NCBI GenBank assembly: GCA_032718475.1
Contig: JAUCBJ010005362.1
Coordinates: 1-43,226, forward strand
DNA from: Nemertoderma westbladi
Lineage: Eukaryota > Animalia > Xenacoelomorpha
Direction: 5' to 3'
DNA length: 43,226 nt
The notes beneath the pieces were generated by a model. The model saw only the letters and a list, made by a program, of their open reading frames with translations. It did no database searches and had not been told where the DNA came from. Shown piece by piece: positions 12,663 to 26,282 of this stretch. How positions within the stretch are numbered: position 1 is the stretch's first letter; every line of letters begins with the position of its first letter. A program made the translations under genes and the position numbers.

Positions 12663-15600
12663 CCGACAGGCAGGGTTACTTAGGGACACTTTTTTTAAAT
12701 AATCATCAAAAACTACTTAGCATGTGATACTATACTAATACCACAAATATATATATGATATTACTTGATCTAAAAATTCGATTAGTTTTCAATATTAAAT
12801 AAGTTTTTGATATTTTTTTTTAATTAATAGGTGTCCCAAGTTACCCACCAAAGGGGGTAACTTGGGACACTAGTAAGAAATGTCATCAAATCTGATTATT
12901 AATCACTCTCTCATCTCATGTTGGGCCATCAGGGGGTAACTTGGGACATGGGCCATTTTTTAAAAAACATTTGGTAATACTATATACCCAATATAAGGGC
13001 ACATAGCATTACCAAATGGATTAAAATTTTTCAAACCGTAACAAAATAGAAACTATTACTACCTAAAAAAAACTATTCTTTATTATTGCATAGTGTATAT
13101 TGCAGTATTGCATACCTGGATGAAATTATGGAGAATAATCAAGCACAATATTATGAGATAATGTATAGCAAATACAGTAAGACAGTAGATAGGCCATTCT
13201 TACTTACAAATATAAAATGATTACACACAATAGTGAAATTATAGTGGACATAAAAATAGACGTAGTCCACTTTGGGCAGTTAAGAGACAGCAAGTTCAAC
13301 ATGACAATGTAAATGACAATATATTTTAGTTTAACACTTATTTTTTCACATCAATATAATTACTGTTTCTCTTTGAAATATTTCCTAAAGGAATACCATA
13401 TGTATTGGACATTATGGATTGTCTTTATTTCATAATGTGGCTTTAGTGCAAGTAGTTCCCTTTCGCTACGGGCAGGAAGAACGAGTTCTTCAATATCAAG
13501 TGGTCCACAAATAAAGAAACGACGCAGGACAACTTATATATCATCATGCGTAGGCCATATCACTGTAGTTCCTTCAGGCAAAGAAGCCTTTCTATCATCT
13601 GTTTCTCTTAAGAATTTGACTTTATACTCATTCGGAGTTACTTCTTTATTGACATCTATAACTTCCCCAAAGTAGGGTTTCTTATCGAAGAAAACTGCAT
13701 AGAGTTTCCCTATAACATCAGGTGAATCAAGGGATTTTTCCACATGCTTGAAATGATTTAATACCCATAGTTGATGATTATTAAATGATTCGTCATCCCC
13801 CTCGCTCTCACTCTCCTCAGGACTCTCAGTCTCAGGACTGCCAATATTATACCCAACCTCTTCCTCACTATCATCAGTTTCGCTAGGTGTACTGAGTTCT
13901 TCAGATTCACCCTCGTCACTACTTACTAGTAAAACTTGCCTTCTAGCAGCTCTTTGTTTACTTATTGCAGGAGCTTTATTTTCTTGATTCTTAGCAGTTG
14001 CCTTTGTAGTTGGTTTCTTAGTTGTCTTCTTTGAAGCCATCCACTGAATACCAGTGGTTTCTAAGGGAGTGAGATCTTCTGCTCGAATTCCCTTTCCTGG
14101 TTCAACATCAACAAGACGTCTCTTTTTTGGCTTCTTAGTTGGCCCCTGGTAGTGCATTCCCTCTAACATATTCATAACAACCTGGCTAACATTATGCACT
14201 TCATTTTGTTGTTCAAGAGAATCTTTCTCTGAATGCGGAAGTTTTGATAGAACTTGTCGGCTGTCAAGTGGTACAATCCCACACTTTCGGAAGCCAGATA
14301 TTATGTTCATCTTTGCATTAACAAGCAACTTCTTGCGGAGGTCTAAGAGTAATTCAGGAAATTTCTCCTTTGGTACTATTCCATTCCTGTGTGACATCTT
14401 CCATTTACCAAGAATTGTTCTCCAAATTCGTTTCAATGGACCATAGAAGGCCACATCAAGAGGTTGTGTAAGATGAGTTGAGTTTGGTGGTATACAGGCA
14501 AATGTAATGTTTAATTTTTCACACTTCTTTAGGACTTCCTCAGAGAAATGCAAACTTAAGTTATCACTTAACATCAACTTAGGACCTTCGTTTCTCCGAG
14601 CACAAGGCTCCACAACCTTTGCGAAATAGTCAGAAAAGCAATAGGTGTCAAACCAATCTGGACCACCTTCTGTCCAGGTATCCCATAGGTTTACGGCCTT
14701 ATAGACAACATATTCAGGAAGAATATCTCCGCTTGCTGTTGCTGTATACATGAGAGAAGTAGCAGATTTGGTTTGATCCATTATTCTCTCAGGATAGCGA
14801 ACCCCACGTTTAAATATTAACTTTGCACGCCCTGGGTCATCTGAAAGGTTGGTTTCATCAAAGTTTATTATCCATTCAGCTGGGATGTCACCTATGGATA
14901 TCTTCAGGTTATCAAAATATTTATGAACTATTTCAGGAGTCACATTGGCACGGACCTTTTTTATATTCTGGCATAGGCGCTTTGTTAAAGATCCTTCATT
15001 TCTCTCTAGAAATCCCAATACCCAGTCCTTCCCAGGAAGATTTTCAGAAAATCTACATTCTTTGATTCCTTTCCTGTCTAGAATATATTTTGCCATCATG
15101 CGAAGGTCTAGAGGACTAAATGGGAACCCCCACTCAGAAACCTTGACAAGGTGTGACACCATTATACATTCCGTATCCGCACTGAAACAAGTTGGTCGTC
15201 CTACTGGCAGCATATTCAATTCATGTAGCTTGCGATGTATAGTAGATTTACTGATTTTATACTTAAATGCAGTTTTACGAATTGACTTACTGTGAACTCG
15301 AACATCTTTAATGGCTGATTCTAGAGACTTATCCATAAAATCTTTATAAGGTCTTGTTCCAGGTTTTCTTCGGTACTTCCCCATTCTTCTTGCCGGTAAG
15401 GTTAAATATATACAAACAATTCACAAACTATGTTACCAGTACTGACAGGTACATATATAAACACAAACTACGGTATGTTGCTGACAGATAGACCTACTGG
15501 CAGACTGGACCGATATACATAGGCTGGTGGGGTGGGCCTAAAATGTTAACAGATCTCGACTTGCCTTGCTGCAGCACCCCATTAGTAAGTGGACAACAAT

Positions 15601-16229
15601 CAAAACAAACGTACCGATAGGCTGGCACACACTATATTATATAGGCCTAATCATTATAAATATTCCAATACAGCAATACCATAATTGAATTGAATTGAAT
15701 TTATTGAATTCAATAGGCCTATTACATATCAGTACAGCATATATTCAATTACATATGGTAATACATTGGCATTGGCAATATTATTTAATATGAATACATA
15801 CTATTTAACACATTATTTACTGTCCCAATTTACCCCCCAAATCTCATTTTTTGCAAATAACCATGATTTTTATCTTGCTGTGAAATTTTTTTAAACTACC
15901 ACCTAGCTGTAAGATCGTCTATATAATTTCCTATCATGTACCCAAAGTAAGATAGCTGAACTAACTCCCTTCTGGGAGAGCCAGACTAAAGTTTTCGGGT
16001 GTTGAAAAAAAAATTAATTTTGTGAAAAATAAATAATTGAAATTACAGAAACATCTTAGGAGCACACTTAATATACTTTCAAAATTTCAAAAATACAACA
16101 TGTGTCCCAGATGTACAAGCTATAACATTTTAAACAATATGTGTTTAAGTGAACAAAAAATCATGTTTTGAAAAAACACTCCTGCTGTCCCAAGTTACCC
16201 CCAATGTCCCAAGTAACCCAACTTGATGG
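12663..16229 (-). mobile_element. pogo-superfamily (Fot-like DD35D) DNA transposon with both ends
   Basis: TA at 12661-12662 and 16230-16231. Imperfect TIRs CCGACAGGCAGGGTTACTTAGGGACA and CCATCAAGTTGGGTTACTTGGGACA. Subterminal TGTCCCAAGTTACCC-type repeats near 12833, 12853, 12932, 15821, 16186 and 16205. Confidence 0.92.
13360..15384 (-). pseudogene. pogo/CENP-B-like transposase (HTH, HTH, DDE_1), probably defective
   Basis: Triad NFDET / SDN / QPLDV with 35 residues between the last two Asp. The frame continues past TAA at 13534-13536 to a stop at 13360. There is a 10-aa in-frame gap (GGP-D-WFD) relative to the second pogo. Confidence 0.9.
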
Positions 16230-16587
16230 TACTCTGATTTCGTTGGTACCTATTGGGATGAAACAGAAGTTACAGGACATACGCCGTTTCTTCAATGGTG
16301 CTGGCATAAACGAAAGGACACATAAATAGTCATAAATGTTCGCTTCATATAAATCAAACTTTCTTGGTTATAATTACTGCACTAACTAAAGCTTCTATAT
16401 ATTACATCGAGACTGTATCACAATGAGGATTATGGGTAAATATATGTGAGCCATTGAGGTAGTGAATAAAATAGTATACCCTCCACCTAATCTTAAGATT
16501 ATTTTCTATTTATTTAATCTATTAAAACCTGTTTATTTATACACATTTTAATACATAAATTTGGTTGGGGTACTTTCACTACACCTG

Positions 16588-17110
16588 CTATGGTACTGGT
16601 ATCAGACAGCCCTGTTTGTTTTTCGTTTTCCTAGGGTTTCGTATTGGTTTGAGAGTTTCCGTAGTCGAGTTACTTTCATTGGTACTGTTGGGATGCTCGA
16701 TATACGAAGGAGTATGTAAACTCCATCGTCTGTATCTGCTTCTTCCCGTTCTCCAGTCCTCCCGTTCTTCCCCATACTCCAGTTCCTGCGTTGTTGTCCT
16801 ATTGGTGACTTTCCACGAATCGGTTGGTTGGATTTTAACCCAGTTATATCTTCCGGTGAAATAATGATCCGCGGGGCGCTTGATTCCGCTTTCTTTAAAA
16901 TAACATTTCCATTGCGCTTAAAAGCAGAATGGATAATTTTATTCTTCTTCAGATTCTTTGCTTCCCGGAGAAGTCCCGCATGGTATGGTGTCAGATGTTC
17001 AGTGATGTAAACATCCTTAAGTTTTCCTTTGTTGTTTAATGCAGTCCATGGCCTATAAATTGAATAAGCACTGGTCGCCGCTGGACAGGATGGTTCACTT
17101 CGTTAGCTTC
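16588..17110 (-). pseudogene. LINE ORF1 remnant (FP25K/Tnp22-like C-terminus)
   Basis: Manual translation: RRPVLIQF ... KLKDVYITEHLTPYHAGLLREAKNLKKNKIIHSAFKRNGNVILKK. Confidence 0.75.
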
Positions 17111-17757
17111 GTTTCAGCGTCGAGGTGTAATTAGATGGACTCTTGTGATCCCCGATAAACGGTAAACTAAAGAATGATCCCCATTAAATATGTATAGATG
17201 ATATATCATTATAATATTATGTATAATTGTACCGGTAAATATCTCTACATTTGTATGTCTATTGACTGCATAACTTGGCATCTAATTAGAATTATCACGG
17301 TCTTATTTCACTTTCTAAGAAACAACAATAAACGACTTACACGGTAGTACTATAAAGTAAGTATTAATTATTTAACTAATTGACTACAATATTTTACATT
17401 CTAATGCAAAGAAAGTAAATTACAACTGCATAAACAAATAATGAATATAAAATTATTTGCTCACGTTTTAAAAAAAATATATGTTGTATAAAAGTAGGTT
17501 CGTTGTACCAGTACCTTATAATATATAACATATATATATATAATATATTATTCCATAAGACTGTTATATCTAATAATACCAATATTAATTGCAATAATAA
17601 TAGTATATTTATATAATCCCATGTAATATTGTTATATAATATCAAATATGACATGAATATACGACATGATATGTGGCTGGAAGAATAATCATGGGTTATG
17701 TTTTTTGTTAGTACGTTAGTTATCGTCCCAGACGCCAACATTAATTCACACACACAG

Positions 17758-17927
17758 TCTGTGGGGAAGAGATGAGGAGAAGTTTGTCATCAACAACAAA
17801 GGAATTGTATATTTGGATAGACCGAGATCCAACGCAAAACGGAAGTCCCAGAGTTTCCATGTGCATGCGGAATATGAGAACTATGCTGCAGATATTCGGG
17901 ATCTATCGAACTAAGAGTTGCAAAGAG
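17758..17927 (+). other. Possible cadherin-repeat-like exon (frameshifted)
   Basis: CAG acceptor at 17755-17757, then LWGRDEEKFVINNKGIVYLDRPRSNAKRKSQSFHVHAEYENYAADIR. Removing one G at 17898-17900 continues as IYRTKSCKE to GT at 17928. Confidence 0.4.
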
Positions 17928-18074
17928 GTTAAGTTTATCGATATTATCGATATTATAATACCGGTGTGGTGTATTATACGGTCCATCATATCTATTATTA
18001 GCATTTGTATTTTTATCAATACCGGCTTTTTGCCATTTCGGTTGCGCAATTACTCGCATGCACACACACGTTTT

Positions 18075-18254
18075 TCCTGTTACCCCCCCCCCCCCCCCCC
18101 CCCCCACCCCAGTAGACCTACTGATAAACCCCAGAGTTTCCACTTACACCCCAACTATTTCTGTTACCCTTACCCCCCTCCCCCCACCCCAGTAGGCCTA
18201 CTGTTACACCCCCGAGTTTCCACTTACACCCCAGCTATTTCTGTTACCCTTACC
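18075..18254. repeat. ~80-bp C-rich tandem repeat, ~2.2 copies
   Basis: CCCCAGTAG(A/G)CCTACTG...GAGTTTCCACTTACACCCCA...CTGTTACCCTTACC is repeated. Confidence 0.85.
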
Positions 18255-19817
18255 GGTCGATAAGCATGATTCGTACTTTGCTATCTGGTTCTAAAACATA
18301 TAATAAATTTGTGATCAAATTAAGGGTTATATATATATATAAATCGCCATTCCAATGGCGACCCCATTTCTTATTGCAGGTTTTTTAACTCCTAGGCGGT
18401 GATGAACATCGACGTTATTAAACGATATTTTCAGAGTATGTATAATATGTAATATGTGATGGCATCTCGTATATCGTGATAGCTCGTCATTTTCTTTCCG
18501 TAGTTCCTCGTTTTCCGTTCGAAGTTCCTCGATCTGCGTATTAGTTTAGGAATCTAGGGTGATTTTTTTGGTGTTGAAGTAAATCGTAGCCTTTATTTTT
18601 GTCATATAATCATTGACCTCCCTCCAACTCATATGTCACACAATATCATCACATTACTAACACGATTAAATATAGAAATATTCTGTAGATTTTGATAGGG
18701 TTAAATAATTAGTTTTAATTAAGAATTTTTTTCAAACAATTATTTAATACAATTGCATATGCATTACATACCTGTACGTACATATTTACAGATGTAGTGA
18801 AAAAGTACCAACAACATCAAAAGTGCGGATTTAATCTTATATACATATTAAAACGACCTTTTTTTATTTAGGAAGGGCCTTAAAACTATAATATATATAT
18901 GTACATATATATATTATACCATTATTAGAGAAATATATAGATAGCAAATGAATCACCATTGTTTAGGTAATGTGTTGAAAACAAATGTCACAATTTTAAA
19001 ATATTATTATATTTCAACCAAAACAAGCCCTTCATGAAATAGAATCTAAAATATATAAATCACAACCGGATAAATCTAACCTATTGCATGCTTTAAAACA
19101 GGACTTATTATTATTCATATTATCAAAAATACACCAACCCAGATGAACCAACTCCACAAGACGATCTGCCTAAATATAAAATGCTTACATAACCATCATA
19201 ACAAACTGCATTACATATAATATTTCAATGCCAGTGGGACCAAAAACGAAACAAAAACACAAAAACTTACATAAACCACCACTTTCTTAATACAGGCTAA
19301 AATATATCATATTTTGATTCCAGAGGGGCAAAAGCCAATTGTGGATTGTATGGTGGTGGCACAATTATTTTGTTAAGCAGGCTTAATCCTCTTATGCAAT
19401 TGCAATGCAGCAGGCCAAATATAGTTAGATATAATTAAACATGGTATAAAAGGTCAACCAATTAAAATAAAGATAATATGAGAAAGAATGGAAATAAAAA
19501 ATGAAGAAGATAAAATATTTGACTAAAAAAATAAGGTATGACTATGATGGAAAGGAAATAGTACAACTACTCTAAATAATTATTTGATATAATTCAAATA
19601 ATTATGTCTAATTTTGAAAAGTTTGCACATTTAAAAAATATACATGGCCATAAACTAATGCTGCACCCGTTCAATAAGAATAATATTTAATACAGTATTT
19701 GTTAAATTTCAAATTGCTACGCATAGAAACACAGATCTTTACAACTAATTTTAACTTTAGGCAAATTACCATTGAGAAAATGTGCACCCTGCTTACGATT
19801 ACCAATATGAGGAACAT

Positions 19818-19971
19818 TAAACGAACGGATGACCAATAAATGAATAAATGAACAGTACATAGTCTGATGCAGACCAGTAGGTCGAAAACGTTTACTATTG
19901 TATCTTTATTTAATATAATATAACCAGCTAAAGACCCTCAATACTTTATATTTTTTCTATCATCTATACAC
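19818..19971 (+). mobile_element. 154-bp Penelope-like pLTR fragment with 12-bp TSD
   Basis: TATGAGGAACAT at 19806-19817 and 19972-19983 flanks a segment containing a hammerhead motif followed by an AT-rich tail. Confidence 0.75.
19856..19902 (+). ncRNA. Minimal type I hammerhead ribozyme-like motif
   Basis: Stem I TACATAGT/ACTAT(T)GTA, core CTGATG(C)A, stem II GACC-AGTA-GGTC, GAAA, palindromic AAACGTTT stem III. One deviation in the core. Confidence 0.7.
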
Positions 19972-20079
19972 TATGAGGAACATGGCATTTATTAGTGGAA
20001 ACACTCAATTGTCATGTATTACACCAAATTGACAAGGCATTTAGAGCATACTGGGTGTCATTATTCCCATAATCAGCAT

Positions 20080-20530
20080 AAATTTAAAGTTATCAGCAAA
20101 TAATTTGCAGACTAACATGTCATGCGAATATTATGAGTTAAACTGTGAGGCAGGTCGGTAATAAAATATTATAAACAAACCGGGACTTACAACACTGGCC
20201 GGTGGTGGCATACCTGAAATGACATCTGCTAGGTTACAGGAAATTCCATGACCAACAAGTTTTTCAGAAGTTTACCATGTACAACATAGTCAAAAGCCTT
20301 TTCAATAAAGTCAATGTAAATCAAGTTAATTTAATATCTTTTACATCTATCCAAAATCTTAAACAAATTTTCTACAATCAAAACATCTTTTTGAAGTTGA
20401 TTTGCATTTTACAAAGCCATGCTGTTGTTTAGATTTTAGTTGGTTCCTAAGTCAAATGGAAGCTGTATTTATAACATTTTCCATTTTACATTGCATGCAG
20501 CACATGCCAATGGAATAGGTCTGTTGTTAT
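20080..20530 (-). pseudogene. Highly decayed CR1-type RT fragment
   Basis: RPIPLAC, QHGFVK, IDF..KAFDYVVHGKLL, SVVSPGLFIIF and CKLFADN appear in the correct order across frameshifts. Confidence 0.75.
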
Positions 20531-21149
20531 ATGTATTGCAAGGGTACAAACAAGTATTACATAAATATTGTAATATTTGTGTATATTTGAGACACTCTCA
20601 CATTCTATTGATTTGGACTTTTCTAAAAGTATATAATTCGAAGTATGTAAAATTGTAGTGTTTACATGTTTCTCAATCTCTATCATGTCATCAGTAATAA
20701 TTGTCTAACATAACCAGTATCAGAGATACGAATAAAATGATACTCTCATGTTTCTATATTCAGCTAAGTGAGTTCATTTGGTAAATTTTGACTATTCATA
20801 TGGAAAACATTAAGAAAAAGTAGAATTATTGTCATTTGATTGTTTGATTCCCTGGAAGGATGGGCAGTGTTTTCACTCACAGTCTCAGAGGAGGCATTGC
20901 CTGTTCTCAGGCCTGCCTCTCGGACATGTTTTGCCAGTCATTTTCCACACCAAGAATTAATTGGTGATTGGTAGAGGTGGCCATAGGAGAAACAGTTGTA
21001 TTTCATGGAGGTGTGGGGGGGGGGGGGGGGGTGGCAAAAGAATTACTGGCAGACAATGTTGCTTCAACTGGTTGGGTTTGCCATACAACCCAATTCAATG
21101 GTGATCGTTTCTGTAACAGGACATGATCATCAACATCCATTTTCTGTCA

Positions 21150-21715
21150 GTGATCAGCTTAGCTTGGTGAGAACTGATCATCAAGCTATCTCCAATTATC
21201 AAGTCGTTTACAAAGGCAGTATGATTCAAATTTCCTTCTTATGGTGGAATACATAGTGTTGATTTGCAGTCTGCAGAATGCATTAGATAGGAATAAGCCG
21301 CAAGATGTTGTGTTCTTTCTGAACAGCGTCAGATAAATTAGGGTGGATAAATGTATGCTGGAACTCTGCTGATGAACCAAGGCTACAAATCTCACCTATA
21401 ACCTTACAACAATCTACCACTGATGAGAGTACAAATTCTGTGATACTTGGTAATTTTTGAGTAAAGGGGCTTTCTAAGCTGTCTAATACTGACAAAACTT
21501 AATGAGGCACATCTAAGGTGTTTCAGTAACTGATCAACTTCCCATTGATCACCACTGGGGGACTCTCCAGTTTTTCCAATAAAAGGTGCATTTAGAGGCA
21601 AGGTCTATACTGTAAATTTGGATGACCTATTTTAAATAATGGTCAATTTGGAGTTTTTCTTCAAAACTTTCGGGTGTTATATTTTCTACTTTTAAAATGC
21701 AAGTACAGAGCAGTT
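21150..21715 (-). pseudogene. Multiply deleted ZMYM1-like hAT transposase relic
   Basis: Fragments SFEEKLQI...IGHPNL, VLSSVVDCCKVIG, LVHQQSS and SERTQHL in the order expected for this family; heavily degraded. Confidence 0.5.
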
Positions 21716-24169
21716 TCCCAGGAAGATGTAGACTGATGCAGTAATCTTTGAATGGTTAGAATGATCCCATTTTCCACAAAAAATGATGGAGGACCACTGT
21801 TAATTACTCGTTTATTACATTATAGTAGATTTCATTTGTTGCAGCTACATTCTGCACTTGTAGCAGTGCAGATAGTTGGTAGCAAAGTGAAAAGTGCACT
21901 GACAGCTGCATTGCATCTACCATATATGCCTGGCTGTTCTATTGTTAATCTGGTTAGGAAATACTGTGTTCAGATGTTACCTAGTACACAGTAGAACCTA
22001 TGTTGATTTGCTTATGATCTTGGTATATTGTCTAAGAGATATTGGAGGGAGCACAGAACTGCTTTCAGTGCTGACTGTTTTATGAATAGCACAAAGACTA
22101 AAAGACTGGCACCTTGCAAGGACAACGGATGTGAGAACAGGGATGCACTAGGAAAGTGTATTCCTAACTGTGAGAACTGGTGCCGCTATGTTGCTGTGTT
22201 TGCCGGCACAGTTATTTACAGTTATATATAATAGTGTATAAATAAAATGGTTTGTAAAATATAAATAATGGGGTTTGTAAAAACTATAAATAATGGGGTT
22301 CGTGACAAATAGTTTATCATGATAATCAATCAATCCATTGTATGATCCTTCACAGAAGCAACAGGTATAAGGAAGTTTCATATTCATGATTTATAACTTG
22401 AATTATAGGATACTCAAACTCTTTATGAACTGTAATAAATAGCTGGAGGAAGAATGACAATCTCAGGAAAATGCGTCCATCACATTATGTTAACTGCAGG
22501 GAGCCCAGGTACAATAGTAATAAATCTTCATTTTTCTCAGCATCTATATATAATATGATGGAAACAGCAATACAATATTATGCAGGCACTCATACATAGT
22601 GTAGGATTTTTGTGGTGAGTTGTTTAATGAGTTAACGAGATACACGTAGTTAGAAACATCATGTTATGTAATTCGTATTTTTTTAAAGGAGTAAATGTCA
22701 TCCCTTCATCCTAAAATTTGCTAAAACCAGTTTTTCATTACAAGTGTAATAACTAACATATATTAAAAATTATATATTATTAATAAAATGTCCATACCAG
22801 AAATAATTAATATTATTGTTGATGAAACATTGTTGATACAACCTCGAGGAACCTATTGAACCTGTCATGAAACTTTTCAAAATTATTACATATTTCAAGT
22901 ATAAATAACAATAGTACCATGTAACAAGTATAACAGTGGCGATATATGCCTAATTCGGTCCAATGATGGGACAGGTCGATAGCTAAATTGTGCTGAAATT
23001 TATATAGATTTTAATGAGAGATTATTAGTTTAAGATAATTTTCTTTTCTTTTATTTATTACTATCGATGACCGATATATGGATGACATTATGGTTGATAT
23101 TTTAATTTGTACAATTATAATTAAACATGCCACCTAGTTTTGGTAGTTTTTCCTGGTCAGTGATTCCATATCCGCGGTATAATTATCTAGGGTGTTCTGT
23201 CGGTCTATTTATGTCCATCAAGTGTCCATCCAATTATAATATATGGCTCCTACTAAACTCCCAAATGAACCCAACAATCCTAAAGAATTCAAAAGAACCC
23301 CAAAAAAACACCCAATAGAACTAACCAACCCAGAACAATCCAAAAACATCCAATAAAACGCAAAATAACCTAACCTAACTTATACATTTGTTATGACCAT
23401 TCGATCTACTGTCAAATATTGTCCTTTCTTGCAGATATTCTCCCGTTTGTTCTTGAAACTATTCTTAGAATTACTTAATGGCTGATCCTAACCTGATTAA
23501 TAGAAAACTGACATGCTGAGTTCCATAATTGCTAAGTCAATCAGAAATATTAAAACACACATTAGTGAAAGGCTACCAATAACTACAGTACGAAATGCAG
23601 GCTGATGACTATATGAATGTAGGCCTATTAGCTTTACCAACTGGCAGGGCTGCTTTTACGCATATGGTTATTTCTGTACGCTGAAGCGAGGCCTAGGGAC
23701 CCCAAAAATTTGAAAGTAAACGATGAGTGTATGAGTGGGCGGGCTGAAAAACTCAAAATTGGAATATGAAATCGGCGGGGTATGGAATCATGGCCAAATC
23801 TATAAATAAAATATGCAAAATATTTTAAAATTTAAATATCATTAAGACCTGCCCCAGAGGAGCCGAAATTTTCAAGAAATTCTCATTTTTGGCATACGGG
23901 CAATAAAAAAAACAAAGTAGTTAATGTCAATAAAATATTTTTTTTTTTTTGGGGGGGGGGGGGGGGGGGTGGTAACTAAAAACATACAACCACATGGAAA
24001 TCCATTAATATCATTATCACCTGTCACTTAGAAACAGATAAAATCATTGGGATTTACCACAACAACAACAACAACATCCCAGTATACAGTACTTTTGGGA
24101 TTTACCACTTCAACACCAGTATATAGTAATTTATGTCACCACATAGTCACGTTTTGATTCAATTGACTT

Positions 24170-26272
24170 CATTGATTTTCTAGGCTTTATTCGAGAGCGA
24201 ATTAGTCCATCACGACTCACTTGGACCAATCACAGATCTAGATACTTGTGACACTAATGCAACATGTCGTTCAACTGATTGAGTATGGCACGGTATTTTG
24301 AATTCAGTTAGATCAAGGTTGCAATCATCACACTTAATGTATGCTCTAATCTGATCAATGTCCCATTTGGCTATAATTGGAGGTTCAAATACATCGCTGG
24401 TTTGCCAGTTTATTAAGTCAATGTAGTCTCTTGCAGCAAGGTTAATTTCGGGAACTTCAAACTTTCTAACGGGATGTTGCACCTGGAGGGCAAATAATTA
24501 TCTGGATCGAGTTATTCTCCTGAATGCTAACTCCCAGAGAGATTGATTGCCGACTACCTGTTAACATAGCTAAAAGAAGGTTTTCTGAGTGAGCAAACTA
24601 CCTCTCCTAATGACCTGGTCCGTAGCATCTAATAGATGATGTGGAAGGTATCTTGAGCGCATTATAAGATCTACAAGGTTTCTTGGACCATCAATAGAAA
24701 GTAGCCTTGCCCTAATTTGAAACCAAGTTGGGGCATATACCTTAAGGACAAACTCAGCCAATGTTTCCAGCTTCTTCGTCGGACTATAAGTGCTCACATA
24801 TATATTCTTAGAATTCGATTTGTTGCAGTGGTCCACCTGGAGTGGTATAATGGACCTGGATTTTGAGATGCAAGATCATTACTGCACGAGCCAATATTGA
24901 TAACAAGGCACATACGATATAAATACTTTTGATCTGTGCTGAAATCATTCACAACATCATCAGGTATATGAAAATGGGTCATGTCTGTTATTTCTATTGC
25001 CTTAAAATGTATTATTGCTTTAAGCTCACAGGTAGCCATAGCTATACCGATAGGCCCACTAAAGGCATTTAGACTTTTAGTCACGCCATTTAGAACCCGA
25101 AGTAAGTGGCGTAATGGAAGCTCATTTATATCTAATGAACAAATTATGCACTGCAAAGGTCGACCTAAATGTTCCTCCATTAAACGAATCACCCCTCCAT
25201 TGCAACCAGTAGTGTTGACACTTGTACTGTCAGAGCCCATTGCCACCATTGACTCTGTTGAGCAGCCATTTGAAGACATGAAGACATTCAACAATCCCAT
25301 GTTCTACATTTCTTGCCTTGTTTGATTTGGAAGTGAAATGTCCTATATAAGAAGATCTCGGTTCCCCAATTATAACATAATGTTCTTCCTACTGTAGTGC
25401 TTTTCACCAAGTTTTGTTTGAATCTGTGTCTGATCTTTCCTTCCATCAAAGAAGACAGCCATAGGTGTATATTGACGATTCTCTCTCAGAGATGACCTGA
25501 CCTTTAACTGTTCCCTTCGAATTTTATTCTTATCAACCACTTTAATCTTGTCTTTATATGTTATAATTCCAGAGTCTTGAAGTGCTGCTGATATCAAAGC
25601 AGCAGCTGCCCTGTCAGATATTCCAAAGCGGTCACACTCTCTGGCAACAGAGGGTAGATGATCATGCATCTGCCTTGAACTTGAAACTTTACTCTGAAAA
25701 TCGACATTATTGCTATCTGAACTGCAGGATTCTGGTTCAGTACTGTTACCTGCATCAGAATCATCAACAACCTCAGCACAGGGGATTGGGATTGTAAATA
25801 ACTTTCGTTTTTCCTTCCGAATTAATGATGCTTCTTGTTGTCTAGTTGTAAGCTAATCATCACTTCCAATTGACATAGATCGAATCCCACATTGGTCAAA
25901 GAGAAATTGCCGCTCATTTATTGGAACCTTGTTTTCCAACTGACAGCTGCATGAGGTAGATGGTATATCACATTTGCAGCTAGCAATATCAAATAGTTGA
26001 TTGGATTTGCTTATGAATGTATCTATCTTGAGTTTATATGAATTACAGTTCCTTCTGTCCCTTAAATGGTTTCAATATATTGCGATGCTTTCCCTGGTAA
26101 TCAATGATCTTATGTCTTACGTCATTGTCTTATGTCTAATAGTAGGAATGGATGCTGACTTCCAAATGTTCTGCAGGTCCGTAGCAACAATATTGGATAC
26201 ATCTTGGATATTAGGTTCCTTAGTTTTGGGGTTATCCTTCATTATGAGATGAATGTAGTGATAGTAATGAGA
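24170..26272 (-). pseudogene. Fragmented hAT-related (hATm/hATx-like) DDE transposase
   Basis: Six collinear ORF pieces include IWKSASIP, LPSVARECDRFGISDRAAA, FFDGRKDQT, GSDSTSVNT.G.NGGVIRLME..LGRPLQ..IC.L..NELPLRH, HSRW.T.ANRILR.Y-like and IPCHTQSVERHV. Subgroup label is tentative. Confidence 0.8.
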
Positions 26273-26282
26273 GGAAAAATAC

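Larger units (their letters stand above)
10850..17150 (-). mobile_element. Decayed L2/CR1-type LINE (ORF1, PHD, RT, 3' stem-loop), interrupted by a pogo transposon
   Basis: RT motifs LFADDTNL, IDLKKAFDTLNH, RVTPVFKSGD and KFLGIYID at ~11500-12300. PHD-like N-terminus is split by the pogo insertion. ORF1 remnant at 16588-17110. Endonuclease domain appears deleted. Confidence 0.85.

Noticed and set aside
17772-18263. 163-aa ORF with polyproline
   Set aside because: Chimeric read-through into a C homopolymer and tandem repeat; a different frame gives the more plausible peptide.
21720-23000. Cys-containing short ORFs and faint transposase- or cadherin-like peptides
   Set aside because: Too degraded to assign without a search.
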